A DNA stretch of 64,000 nt from positions 1,083,386 through 1,147,385 of the forward strand of contig CAJINV010000016.1 of NCBI GenBank assembly GCA_905178155.1, given 5' to 3'. Position numbers and translations under genes: made by a program. The notes beneath the pieces were generated by a model, which worked only from the letters and a program-made list of their open reading frames with translations, was not told the DNA's origin and did not search any database. This DNA is from Amoebophrya sp. A120. Lineage: Eukaryota > Protista > Dinoflagellata. Below, piece after piece: positions 25,831 to 38,400 of the stretch; position 1 is the first letter of the stretch; each line of letters opens with the position of its first letter.

Positions 25831-27985
25831 AACAGCCGCGACATTTTTTCCCCAATAGCTGAAATGGCGCCACGATTTTCCGCGTTTCGGCTTTTTCTGG
25901 TGTTGCTTTTTCGCGGGTTTCGCAGTGCCCTTGCTGGTTTTTTTTTTGCTTTTCAGGATGCCCCTCATTCGTCTTATATATTCGGCAAGAATTGCCGCGC
26001 GGATCAAGTTCATAACGATCGCCACAGCGACCCGAGAGTGAGGGAACCGATGGCAAATCCGTCCGAGATTGATTCGATCGATCTCGGGCGCGGGCCGTTG
26101 CGCCGTGGCGAACGAGTCCGCCCCTGTGAAAAAGATGCCTTTGCGTGAAGGCTGCAAAGGGTCAAAATTTCCGCGAAACTGCGAAGAAGATCCGCGGCGC
26201 GGCAGTCTTGCCGTCTTTTCCGGTGTTATGTTGCAAGGCCGCGGCATCTCCAGAGCAGTTGCGGAGTGATCTACAGAGCAGGCCCAGAGCGCTCCTCGCG
26301 CTTTTGATGTCTCGGGTGGATGTCCTGCAGAGCACGCCCAGGCCGATTGCTAAGACTGGGCACGTGAATACTGTCGGCCGGTCCGACGGAGGGGGGCCGG
26401 AATGGGCGGCCGGCGCTTCGGGCAGTTCTTCGGGATTTGGGCGCGGCCAGTGAGCACGCAGCGAACAAAGGGGCGAAGAACTGTGGCGGGCGGAGGGTCC
26501 GGCGCAAGATTGTGCAGGTTTTTGCGGGTAAAGAGTAGGGCTGTGGAAGCCCGGCCGGCCCGGCCGCCGGGCTCAGGATGTTTGTAGAAGCTTCGCGTGC
26601 CGCAGCTGTCGCGTGCGACCTTGGCCGGCGACACCTACCGCACTGCGTTGATGGTAGGCGGCCCGGTGTGTGCCTTTGCAGGGGCAGGCCGCTGGCCCGG
26701 CGCGCTACCTAGCTGGGCACCCAGGGCAAGGCCGCCGATTGGGGGATCTTGGGAGGGTTGGGCCCGGTTTTTCTTTCTTCAGGAAAATCGTATTGGGGGG
26801 AAGAAGCCAGGGCCCCTCTCGGTTTTCCCCAAGGAAACCTGCTTGGCGTGTTTCTTACAAGCGCACAAGCAAAGGTGCGCCGGCGCGCTGGTTTGTATTT
26901 TCGCAGAAAGAAACTAGGAAACACGGCCCGCGCAACAGACGCAGGCCGCGGCGCGTGCTCGGACGGGCGGGCCGCACTGTGTGGGCCGCGCGCTCGCATG
27001 CGCGCCCTGTCAGCCGGCCACCAGCCGTCGCACGGATTGCCAGCCGGCCACCAGCTTTGCGCGCTGGGCGACCACCTTTGTCCTAACCAGCGCACAACAC
27101 CCTCCGAGGGGCGCTCCCCGTTTTTCCGAACCGTGGCGCCATCGTGTCACGCGTGTGACGCGAGCGGCATGCGCTTCAGTTTTGCAGCGTGGTGGCGTAG
27201 GGCGCGCGCCCCGGGGGTTCGCCGGGTCTGTGGTTTTGGGTCTATATCTATTGCCCGCGCCCAATCTTCGCGCCGGCCGGCGGTCCGCCAACCCAATGTA
27301 GGTCGTCCAGGACGGCGCAGATAATTCCCGTGGCCCGTCATTCCGTTGCTATGGCGTGCCCATCGTGTCGCGCCTCAGTGATGTGCGACGTATAAAAGCG
27401 ACCACGGCGATGACTCCGATGCGCGGCGATATATGCAAAGTCGGGACATTTCTGAGCAGATTCCTGGAGCATTCCTGAGGCATTTCCAGGCCCCCTCTGA
27501 TCACGGGCGGTCCGTGCGTAAACCTGATGAACATAGACTTTGTTGGACCACTTAAAAAATGTGACCATGTAGGTATTGGCTTCATCAATTTCGGCCGATC
27601 TCAGCAGCTCTGTGAAAAATCGAAATGGGTGGCGCGTTACAACTGATTCCCTTCTGTTGCTTGTTCCCCCCACTCAGGGTAGAGTTTGAATAGATATTTC
27701 AACAAAGTGCAAGCACCGGGAGCGCATTCGACTTCATTAACATTTGTCCAAGTAGGTTGTTAGTTTACGAGTCAGTGATGTGAGAGTGTGCCGAGTGATG
27801 TATGATATTGCCAAGATTGATGAAATTCAAATTTTTTACCGCTGTCTTCTTGTCATCTCTGAACTACGTACCAGAATCCACCTCGGCTCCGCGTGCGCCG
27901 CTGGTGTGGTAGTAGTACTTATTAAAGCCCAGCAGGAGGTCGACGTCAACGCCAGCTCCTGCGACAGTAAAAAATCTGTATCATC

Positions 27986-28312
27986 ATGGCATCATCTTCT
28001 TCACAAGCAAACAACACCGCGACCACCACCTCGATGAGCAACAGCCTGCGGGGGGCGTTCGCCCCACCGGGGGTGTCCAAGCAAAAGGACGACGCGAAAA
28101 AGTGGTTTGACACCACCGGGCTGGATGGCTACCTTTCCGCACTCTGCACCAAGCTCGCCGAGGAAAAGCCGAAAGACCCGCAGGCGTTCATGCTGCGGCA
28201 CTTGGTACAGCACTGCTCGCTGTCGCAGCTCGAGGAAGCGGGGCTGACGAAGATAGAACAACCTCCCGGGACGACGATTCTAGACCAAGCCGGCGCGGCT
28301 GAGGAAAAGTAG
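27986..28312 (+). CDS. Small Dpy-30/RIIa-like dimerisation-docking domain protein (intronless)
   Basis: WFDTTGLDGYLSALCTKLAEEKPKDPQAFMLRHL fits the L..L..EKP.DP..F...L pattern; GC3-rich ORF. Confidence 0.75.
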   Translation: MASSSSQANNTATTTSMSNSLRGAFAPPGVSKQKDDAKKWFDTTGLDGYLSALCTKLAEEKPKDPQAFMLRHLVQHCSLSQLEEAGLTKIEQPPGTTILDQAGAAEEK

Positions 28313-29481
28313 GAAGTAGGGCACTTCTTCGTCTCTCGATAAGAGTTGTCGACGCTTGTTGCGCAGATTGTTCGAGTGCTTCAGGCGAATGTTCACTCAA
28401 ACTAGTACAAATGTTGCACAAGAAATTGCTCCACTCCAGGCGAATCCAAAGGAACTGGTACGCAGCGGGTCTTGATGCAATAAGGCCAGAGCTGAACATT
28501 TTTTAGAACGTCTGGACGCACGAATCGCTGGTTCTGGAATTGTTACCGGGGCAAAAGGAGCTAAATTCCTCGGTTTTTCTACAAAGAGGAACAAGTACAA
28601 GTTCGTTGAAAAATACAATTCTGGTGGTGCGTCTTCCTGGCAGCGTGACCACCTTTTTCGTCTCCCATTCTTTCGTCTTGTTTAGAGCAACTGCGTAGTT
28701 TTCCTGCTTCGTGTTTCTTTCAGTTCTTACAAGTGCGCGTGAAAAACAGTCCTTGATCGAGAGGGAAAAATGCTATTTGAGATAAAAAGCGACACAAACA
28801 CGACTTTGTCTGTGGTGCTAGGGATGATGTCGTCAATTTTCTTGCAGCAAGTGAAGACCGCCTGCAACTGTCGTCATCTCTGTGATCGCGTAAGTACTTC
28901 TACGAAAACAGAGCCCTTCTAGCAACACGCTTTGCAATTTACTGAGCACGTGCTCGACGAGGAGAGAGCGTTGTATATTTCTTACGTTTTACGTTTTCAT
29001 TTTCAGTGTCCGAGGACAGGACTAGTAACAGTAAGTTTCGCCATGTAGTTCTTGTTTCAGTTTTACCGGGTGTTGATGCAAAGAGTCCTCGCTGCTACTT
29101 GGTTTTTTCTTCGAAAGCCTGCTCCTTAACTGAAAATTGCGCAGGACCCCAAGAGCGTGTAACTTGAACTGCTCGACCTCCTTGCGCCTAGAAGTATTCT
29201 TTCACCAACAAAACCAAAAATGAAAATCATTCGGACTCCTGCATTACTACAGGCGTGAGGATTTTGTTTTTGATTTTGATTTGCAGTTGTGGTTTACTCT
29301 TGATGTCTAAAAGAAATACATAGCACCCCAAAGAAGTCAACACCCACCATGCACATGCACAAGCTGTTTTGCTGTCGAGCCATCAGCATCACTTGCGTCC
29401 GTCCACGGAGGCTTGCTGAATCACCAGCGTGGTACCGTCGCAGAGACCACAGTGCGGCCAAGTGTGCCAGATCGGGCCAAT

Positions 29482-32400
29482 ATGTTGCACCACGCGTATA
29501 GTCGCCGAATTGCATGCAGCTGGGTAGTTGGCCTTGGCGCCGCAGCGATGACTTTCTCCATCACTAGCTTCTTCTGTATTTTGCTGACGTCTGCGTTTGA
29601 GCAGGCAGTCGACAATGTAATTGCTGCTGACATCAACCTATGAACTGCAAAAGTATCGTACTCGTATAAATGCATTACAAATTTTCTCAGCATGAAAAAT
29701 AAAACTTGTAATGCGGATTTAGCTATAACAAAAAGACTTGTGATGCATGACTGCAATACGAGTACGATACTTTTGCACAGGATACAACCTCCCCTCCTGC
29801 GGACACGCGTTGGAGTGCGACGCGCCACCACCACCACCGCCGAACGCAACTATAGCAAGGCCGCAAGTACAACGACAATTTTCGTCTACCATTTTGCAGC
29901 CATCAACCTCGACCCCCGGAGGACGAGAAGAAAATGTCTTCAACCCTGCTGCAAGAACAACTAAAATTTGCAGAATCAGCGGCAATGACGGGCAAAGGTC
30001 GTTTTTCATCCCGACCAGCTGTGCCTTCCAATTTAACGGCACGATCATTTTCGACCAGGCTATGGTGGAAGCCGCGTGGAGCCGCGTGTCCTTGCGCATC
30101 GAGAGCGTTAGTGGCAGTATTCTGGTCAAGGATTCGTTTTTCTGGCGGTTTGCGAAACTGGAATTTCGAACAACTGCATCTTCGGGAAATAGTACAACTT
30201 CTAGTGCTGGTGCTGGTGGTGGTGCTCTTCCTGTTGATGCAAGGTCAAGAACCACGCTGGATAAAGTAGATGAACATAAACTAGGCCGCGCGGCCACTTC
30301 TTATTGTCAACCACCGTGTAGTTCAACTTCAACATCATCATCTAACGAGCCCTCTCCGACCCTACCCCCCGGTTCTTTGACCTTCGACTGGCAGGCGCCG
30401 TCGTCGGAGAGCCAGAAGTTTCTCACTGTAGAACACTTGATCTTCAACACCAGCGGCGCAAGAGCAACTAGTACAACAGCCGGCGACGGGCGGGAACTTC
30501 TAATGGAGCTGCCCAGCACTGAAGATGCTCATGCTCTTTCTGATTCATCCTCGGTCGGTGATATTCTCGTGAACGGCACGCGAAAAGTGGAGTTCCGGGG
30601 GATCAGCAAGTTCGAAATCATCGGGAACGAAAAGGGCAGCATCCAGCTGCTGCTATCCAGGAAAAAACGCCCATCCCCATCCATTTTTTGCACGGCAAGT
30701 AGTCGAACTTATGCACGTTTTGCATGACAAATTGGATGGACATGGGTGTCTTTGCCTGGATAGCTGCACGGGTTGTTCAACGTCTACGATGAGATGCTGG
30801 TGTCAAACACAAACACTGCTGCGGGAAAAAATAGAGATAAACGTACAACATTTCTAGTCCGTGGCGCTGGTCGAGAAGAAAGTTCTTTGGAATCTGCACA
30901 ACCACGACCGGCAGCTAGTACACAGCTACAACCTCCTTCACGTGGTCGAGGCGGTAGACTTCATTCATCCCAAAAAAATGCTGCCGGTGCCGTTGCACCC
31001 ACCCTCGCCCCTCCAGTGATCACCCTCGGCCCAGAGACCTCCCTGTTTTGTTCGGGGAAGATCTATGTGGATATGAACTGCAAAAGTTTCGTACTCGTAG
31101 TATTGCAATACAAATTAGCTCAGCAGGACAAATGGAATTTGTAATGCTGATTGGCTTTAGGAAAAATATTTGTAATGCATAACTGCAAGTACTACGACTA
31201 CGGTACTTTTGCACAGGATAGTGGACGCGGTCGCGCAACTGAGCGTGCAGGTAGCCCGGGTGGCGAGCTTTCTGAACACGGACGTTTTGCCGGGCTTGTT
31301 TCTGTATCCTGTGCAAAAGTATCGTAGTCGTACTGATTGCAATCATGCAAGACAAACCTGGTTTCTTAGCAAAATCAGCATTACAAATTACATTTCTCTT
31401 TCTGGAAAAATTTGTAATGCGATTTATACTAGTAGTACGATATTAGTTTTGCAATGCATATTCTGCGCAGCTTGAATAGCGTGGTGTTGCTGAACCCCTC
31501 GGACACGTGGAATTGCGACGTCATCGCCGTTTTCTCGTCCAACGAGATCCGGTTCGAAGCCAAATCCGACTACTACGACACGGACTTGCGGACGGGCGGG
31601 GACCGGTTCGATTGCGACAGTGGCGGGGGTGGAAGCAGTGGACAGCGACAGACTCCTCGAAGACTAGCACATGAAGAAGAAGACGGGCCTCGATCAGACG
31701 ACCTCCAGCCTGGAGATCTCTCTCGCCAAGAACGGGACACCAGATATGACGATGACCTTTCACGACAGCAGGACGTCTTGCTTCAGACACATCATCAACA
31801 GGATGAGCAAGAAGATGAAGAGGAAGCAGGTCGTTCATCAGGTACAACACTTAGAACAAGCACATCCTCAAAGACCACTGTTGCTGCGACAGGGTTTTCT
31901 TCAAGACCCTTCTCATCTTCCGGTGGCGGCCCTCCCCGCGACGCCATCGACTTTTGCGAAATGTGGACTACTATCAAATGCAAAAATGTGTGGGTCTGGA
32001 AGGATTGGAACTTGTGATGCAAATTCTGGAACACGCAAAAACCTGTGTTGCATGAGCGCCAAAAGCTGTTCATTTCTTGGTCCGCAGGTAGGAAGTTCCT
32101 CATGCGGGACAGGCATCACGAGGCGTGCTCAAAACCTGTGATGCTTTTGCCTGCATCAGACGCCATTTGCGTGATCCGAAATATGCATGACAAATCGCGC
32201 ATTCTTCCAGACCCAGACATTTTTACATTTGATAACTACGCCGTGCGGGAAGCAGGAGGTGAAAAAAACTTCTCCCAAACAACAGCAAGAAAGTTACGGC
32301 CACTTCTCTCAGGTTGTTCACAGTCAAGAAGACCACCCGGAGGATGCAGATGGCGGGGGTGCAGAAGAAAATGAACAAGGAGAAGCAGTAGAAGCGCATC

Positions 32401-35400
32401 GTGGATTTTTTAGATTTCCTGCACCTGCTGGAGAAAAAGGAAGAAAAACCTCCTACATGGTTACAGGCGGAGGGGAAAAGACCTCGATCGCGAGAAGAGA
32501 CCACGATGAAATTTCCGAAACACAGGACGAGGAGGACAACAGCTGCTACACCGCAAACTGGTACACATCCAGCAACAACACGAACGATTTCCAGCAACCA
32601 GATCTACGACAACTAGCGAAGGACTTTGTCAGCACCAAACTATCCACCGCCTCGAAAATCCCCTTCGACTTCATTTTATGCATTGCAAAAGTATCGTACT
32701 AGTATAAATGGCAATACAAATTGGCTCAGCATTACAAATTCAATTTGTAATGCGGAACAACAAGTGGATTTGTGATGCGTAAGTGCGATTACTACCAGTA
32801 CGATAATTTTGCACAGGATGCATTTTCGTTTCCCCCAAGGTAACGGTGGACGAAAAATCGAAAATTCAGGCGCAGGCCATGCTCTTCTGCAGCGACGAAC
32901 TGCAGCTGAAGAAGGCGACTCTGTCGACCACCGGCCGGGGCTGCCAGGCCGGGGAGGGTATCGGCCGTATCCTGAGTAAAAACGTACCCACACCAGAGTC
33001 AGGATGGGGATTTTGCAACACAAACCTAGGAGTTTTAGGAGTCACGCATCACAAATTGCAGTCCGTAGTGTAGTGCAGGTTCGCAAGGCCAGCTGCATCA
33101 GAAATCGATCTGCTCATCCTGTTTACAGCATTACAAATTACAAAACACGACTAAAAATGCCTCTCCTGGCGATGCGCATTACAAATGTTCCTGTCATTGC
33201 AAATCTGCATGACAGCTCTGGTGTGGGGACGTTTTTACACAGGATAGGCCGGGGGGCATCGTCGCGGGACGAACTGTACCAAATGCAAAAGTGTCTGGGT
33301 CTAGAACAAAGCAACTTGTCATGCTGAATCTGAATCATGTATAGAATCTGTGTTGGATGATTGCCAAAAGCTGTCCACTTTTGACCTAGCCGAGAGGCAG
33401 TTTCTCATGCAGGATAAGCATGACGCTACTCTCACAGAATCTGTCATGCTATGTCCTACATACCAGACCTCATGGCTCATGGAGAACCTGCGTGACAAGT
33501 CTGGCGCTCTTCCAGACCCAGACATATTTGCACTGGATAAACTGTTGGGCGCCGGGGGGAGCCACAGTGGCCGGGGCGGGTACAGCGTGATTGCCAAGTC
33601 GCAGGGGATCATGCCGGTCGCGAGCCCCGGAATGGAGTACGATGTGCCGGACCATGATTTGATATCCCAGCTTGATGAAGAACAAATAACGCCAGAAAAT
33701 TCTTTGCTTCCGGGAGAGGACTACGACGAGAAGACGAAAGAGAAAACTTTCCCGTCTGAAGATGCAGTACAGCAAGAAGATTTATTTTCCAGAAGTTTAA
33801 AACACGATGATGATTACGAACACGAGCAGCAGCTGCACCTCGTGCAAGATGGACAAGAACTCGGACTCCTGCGGAGATCATCATCTACCAACTCGCAACA
33901 TTCATTGTACAACCGCAGAACAACAACCTTACGCAGCAACAGAAGTTCCAACATTTGGTGGGACGTGTCCACGCCGGCGTCCGGGGGCGGCTGCGGCGAC
34001 ATCACGCAGTGCTCTTTTCTCTACCGGTTGCCCAATAAGCCCAGTTCCGGGGGCGGGATGATTTGGGTCAATGCCGTGAAGATTTCGCTTTTTCAATCGG
34101 TGCTTTCCACAGACGGCAACAAGGGCATGGTGTCCGAGGGCGCCTTCGGCCAGGGGTGGGCCAGCGGGGGCGGCAGCGGCGGGCTATCCTATGTAAAAGC
34201 GTCCCCACCCCATAGTTGTCATGCAAATCTGCATGCTGAAAATGTTTCTCATGCGGAGATCCATGAGAAGCAGTTTCTAGTCGTGTTTTGGGATTTGTGA
34301 TGCTAGAATCAGCATGAGGTGCTAGATCTGCGATGCTGCTGAAGAAGCTAAACAGGATTACACTACGAGTTCAAACTTGTCATGCGCAACAGCAAAAGCT
34401 GACAGATTTGTCTAGCCGATTCCCCATCTTGACTATGGCGTGGTGACATTTTTACTCAGGATACGGGCAGATCGTGATCCACACCCTGGACGACATTGTC
34501 GGCTCGGGGCTGCTATGAAATGCAAAAATATCTGGGTCTGGAAGATTGCATGTCTGTCATGCTTGCCTGGCATGACTCTTAAATCTGTCATGCACGTTAC
34601 TTACACAAGAGCCCCATTTTGCTGTCATGCAGAAACGCAGTTTGTCATGCAGAATAGGCAACACCTAGAAGAAGCTCAAAAGCTTGGCATGCTGCGCCAG
34701 CACTTATGGCCTTTTCATGATACGCCACCCAGCATCACAAGTTTCCAGACCCAGACACTTTTACAATCCATACCTGCTGACCTCGCGGGGAGGTAACAAT
34801 GCCTGTTTGGAGAAGGGCGCTTCCGGGTATGAAAGCCTCAGAATGGAAATTCTCAAAGTGGAAATAATTTGTGATGCATGAAATGCGACACCAAAAAGAC
34901 TGCATTGCAGAGAACGCAACGGAGGCCGACTATTGTGCTGCTACGGGTTCAGAATTGGGCTGCTGATTAGCACGAGAAAAGGACACCCCTTTGCCTAACT
35001 CTCATGACAGACACGCTTTTAGTGCCCGGGAAATTAGTCATGCGCCGACTAGAAATGGCGCTTCAACTGGAGTCGTCTTTTTGCATTGCAAATTATTTCC
35101 ACTTTGAGGATTTCCAACCTGAGGCTTTCATACCGGGGCGGGGGGAGGCGGTCTGGTCGGAATCAGGTGGCACAACGCTGTATCCTGTGCAAAAGTATCG
35201 TACTCGTACTAATTGCAATTATGCATGACAAGTCTTGTTCTTAAGGTAAAACAGCATGACAAGTTTCAGTTTTCATGCTGAGCAAATTTGTGATGCCATT
35301 TATACTAGTACAATACAACTTTTGCAATGCATACGCTGCTCCTTCACCCGGTGGAAGAGCAAGAGGTCGCGCCGCAGTAGGAGTACATGCTCCTGAAGTT

Positions 35401-38400
35401 TTTCTTGACACGCACTTATTAATGCAGCAGCTTCACGAGGACATCAGAACCAGAAGCAGAGAACGCAACATCCAAATTACCGTTTCCGGTGGCACAATTG
35501 ATCCCTCCTGCTTGGAAAACCCGCCGCCGCACGTCCACACGGTCACGGAGTCCATCCAGGGAAAACGGGGTGTCGCCTCCCATTTGGGCATGTGCAGTCC
35601 CGGCTTGTCTGGCACGTTTTGCACGCCGTGCGAACGCGGAAAATGGTCGAACGGCGGGGCGAGCTGTTTGGTGTGCGACACGCCGCGGAACGTAGAGAAG
35701 TTTGAGTGGATATGATCCACAAAAAAAGAACCATCTTCCCCATCCAATTTGTCATGCAAAGCGTGCGTATATTCCACTATTTGTCGTGCAAAAAATGGAT
35801 GGGGAAGATGCTGGTTGTTTTTTTGTGGATAGTGGACCACTAGCGGTTGGCCAAATGCGACCTGCCCGTACCGCTGCCCGATCAACTACCCGTCCCTGAT
35901 ATCGCAAGAAAAAACTGTTTCACTGTAAACTTGTGATGCAGAAAATGGAACACAGAAGCATTTGTCTTGCTGCACATGCAAGAAAGTGGACTTTTAGCTG
36001 TGTTTTCCCTTAGGAAGCTTGCATGGCAAATTTTATCTGTCATGTAGAACAAACTTGTGATGCAAAACCTGCAAAATCCTTACAGTGAAGCACTTTTTTC
36101 GTACGATACCTGAACACGAACCCACAGTGTCTGGACTATGACAGTGCACAACTCCGCGTCCCCCTCATTTGTAAAAATGCGAAGTTCCAAACGCAAACCT
36201 TACTTGTAAGCACTGCTAGCATGACAAATTTGGAACGTCAAATAGTACTACAATCTGCACGCAGATTTGTGTTTGTCATGCGAAAGGCCCTTTTCTGCCG
36301 TCGCTTGCGCTGCTGTTCATGCCATATTACAAATGCGCGGGAGCAGGGGGGGTTGTGCACTGTCATATCGACCCCTGGCGCTACACGATGGCGTTTTTCG
36401 GCGGGTTGTTCTATCCTGAGTAAAAACGTACCCACGCCAGAGTTGTAATGCAGATTTGCAAAGACAAGAAGACTTGTAATGCGCATCCGCATGAGAGCCA
36501 TTTCCAATCGTGTTTTGGAATTTGTGACGCTGTGAACAGGATGAGCAGACGAATCTGTGACGCGGCTGCACTTGCTAACCTGCACTATACTGCAGAGTGC
36601 CACTTGTCATGCGTGACTCACAAAACTGCTCCTAGGTACTGTTGCAAAATCCCCATCCTGACTCTGGTGTGGGTACGTTTTTACTCAGGATATATTCGGG
36701 CTCTTAACCATCGGCGTGGTGTTGGTTCTATTCATTCTCATCTCCCTAACCTGCGAGGAGCACCGGCGAAAAAGACGGAGAAAAATGTTGCAATTGGCGT
36801 ATTCGATGGAGCAGGCACTTGTAGGAAGTAGTGGTAGTGCTGGGGATCAAACCACCACTCAGTTGTCAAGTAGTGGCTCCGACAAGCACCATGCTGAGGG
36901 AATTAACTACGAGCAAATTATAAAAGATGGATCCCGGCAAAACAATAACGCAAACAACCGAGGGACTACATCGCCGAACGTTGAAGAGCAGTATTCCAGC
37001 AATTTTCATTCCTTACCGAGAATCGCACGAACTAATTCGTCTAACGTTTCTGTTTTCAACGGGGGTTCAGGCGCAACAACTTCTGGCGCAGGTTCCACAT
37101 CCACCTCTTTCGCGCGAGGCCTGTTGCGGAAGAACGGGAGAATGATGACGACGTTCGGTTACAACAGAAACGTCGACCAAATGGGGATGGAAAGACTAAG
37201 CATGGCAAAGTGGGCGGAAGTGAAGGTGAGACCGATGGGGTTTTCGTCTACTAGTACTTCCCCGCCAGGCGCAATTACCGGTGGCAGTGCTCACCATAAT
37301 GTTCGTCGTGCTGCGCGAGGAGGAGCATTGTTCGCGGGCGGCGATCTTCGGCAAGAAGAACAACCTCCAAACTCCTTGACGTGTCTGCAAGAGTTTTTCA
37401 CCACCATCTGCCACACGACAACCCAGGTCGGTGGCAAATTTCGGTCACTTTTCCGCAAGTTAGTGGAGCTTCTTTCCGCAGTCTTCTGTTGCAGTTGGTG
37501 CGTGAGCAGGGCGAGGCTGTTGTGGAATCGACAGGATGGGGCCAGAGGTGGCACATCGGCGGGTAGCTCTACGTCGGCAAGAACTTCTGCTGGACCGGGC
37601 ATGAACAGTGGTGACAATGATGACAGCGGTAGTAACCTGACGAGGTCGAGTCGCGGGTTTTCTTCCGACATAGAACAGGACAACGGAGCGACAATTATAC
37701 TAACTGGTGCATCGAATAATTCTGTTTCTGCTACAACGGCTGGGTTAAAAAAAGACAGAGTTCTTCATGTAGACAAGGACATCGACAAAGAATCCGGTGA
37801 CAACAAAAGCTCCCATTTTTCCTCCGTCCCGACATCGCAAAGACAGTCCCAAATTTCCGTCCCCCTCTCCCCGGCGGAGGTGGATCCGAACGCAGCGACA
37901 GCAAGAGTGCTGAATGAAAATTTGGACCAGGTCCACGATTTCTTGTCGATTTTGAGCGCGGAAGATGGAAACGAGAATCAGGGTCGTGGTGCTCAGATAA
38001 ACTCGAATAGATCCTCATCCGCACGAACATCCTCTTCGTCCAGACTCGTCGGAGGTGTTGAAACTCGAGGTCCACAATTTTTGAAGCCCCCGATGAATGT
38101 GACCGGAGCTGCGAACATTTCGTACGGACAAGAACATTCGTCGGCTGAAGACAACAAGAACAGTCCTGGTGGAAGCTTGGACGGCGCGGGCGGTGTGAAC
38201 AAAATGAATTTCTTGACAGCTGCTACAAGGTCGTATACCAGTCCGGGGCCGCCCCCTCCGGGTGGCGCTTCCTCTTCTTTCGCCATGATGACCTATTCAA
38301 CAAGCAACTCCCCTGCTGCAGATCATGTGAATGACTTCCAACTTCGAAGTCCCAGCACGACGCTCCAGAACGACAGCTACAATTCGGTAACCAGCACTAC

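Noticed and set aside
23678-27341. Many 100-320 aa ORFs in the GC-rich region
   Set aside because: Overlapping in all frames, Arg/Ala/Pro-rich, no motifs; expected by chance at high GC
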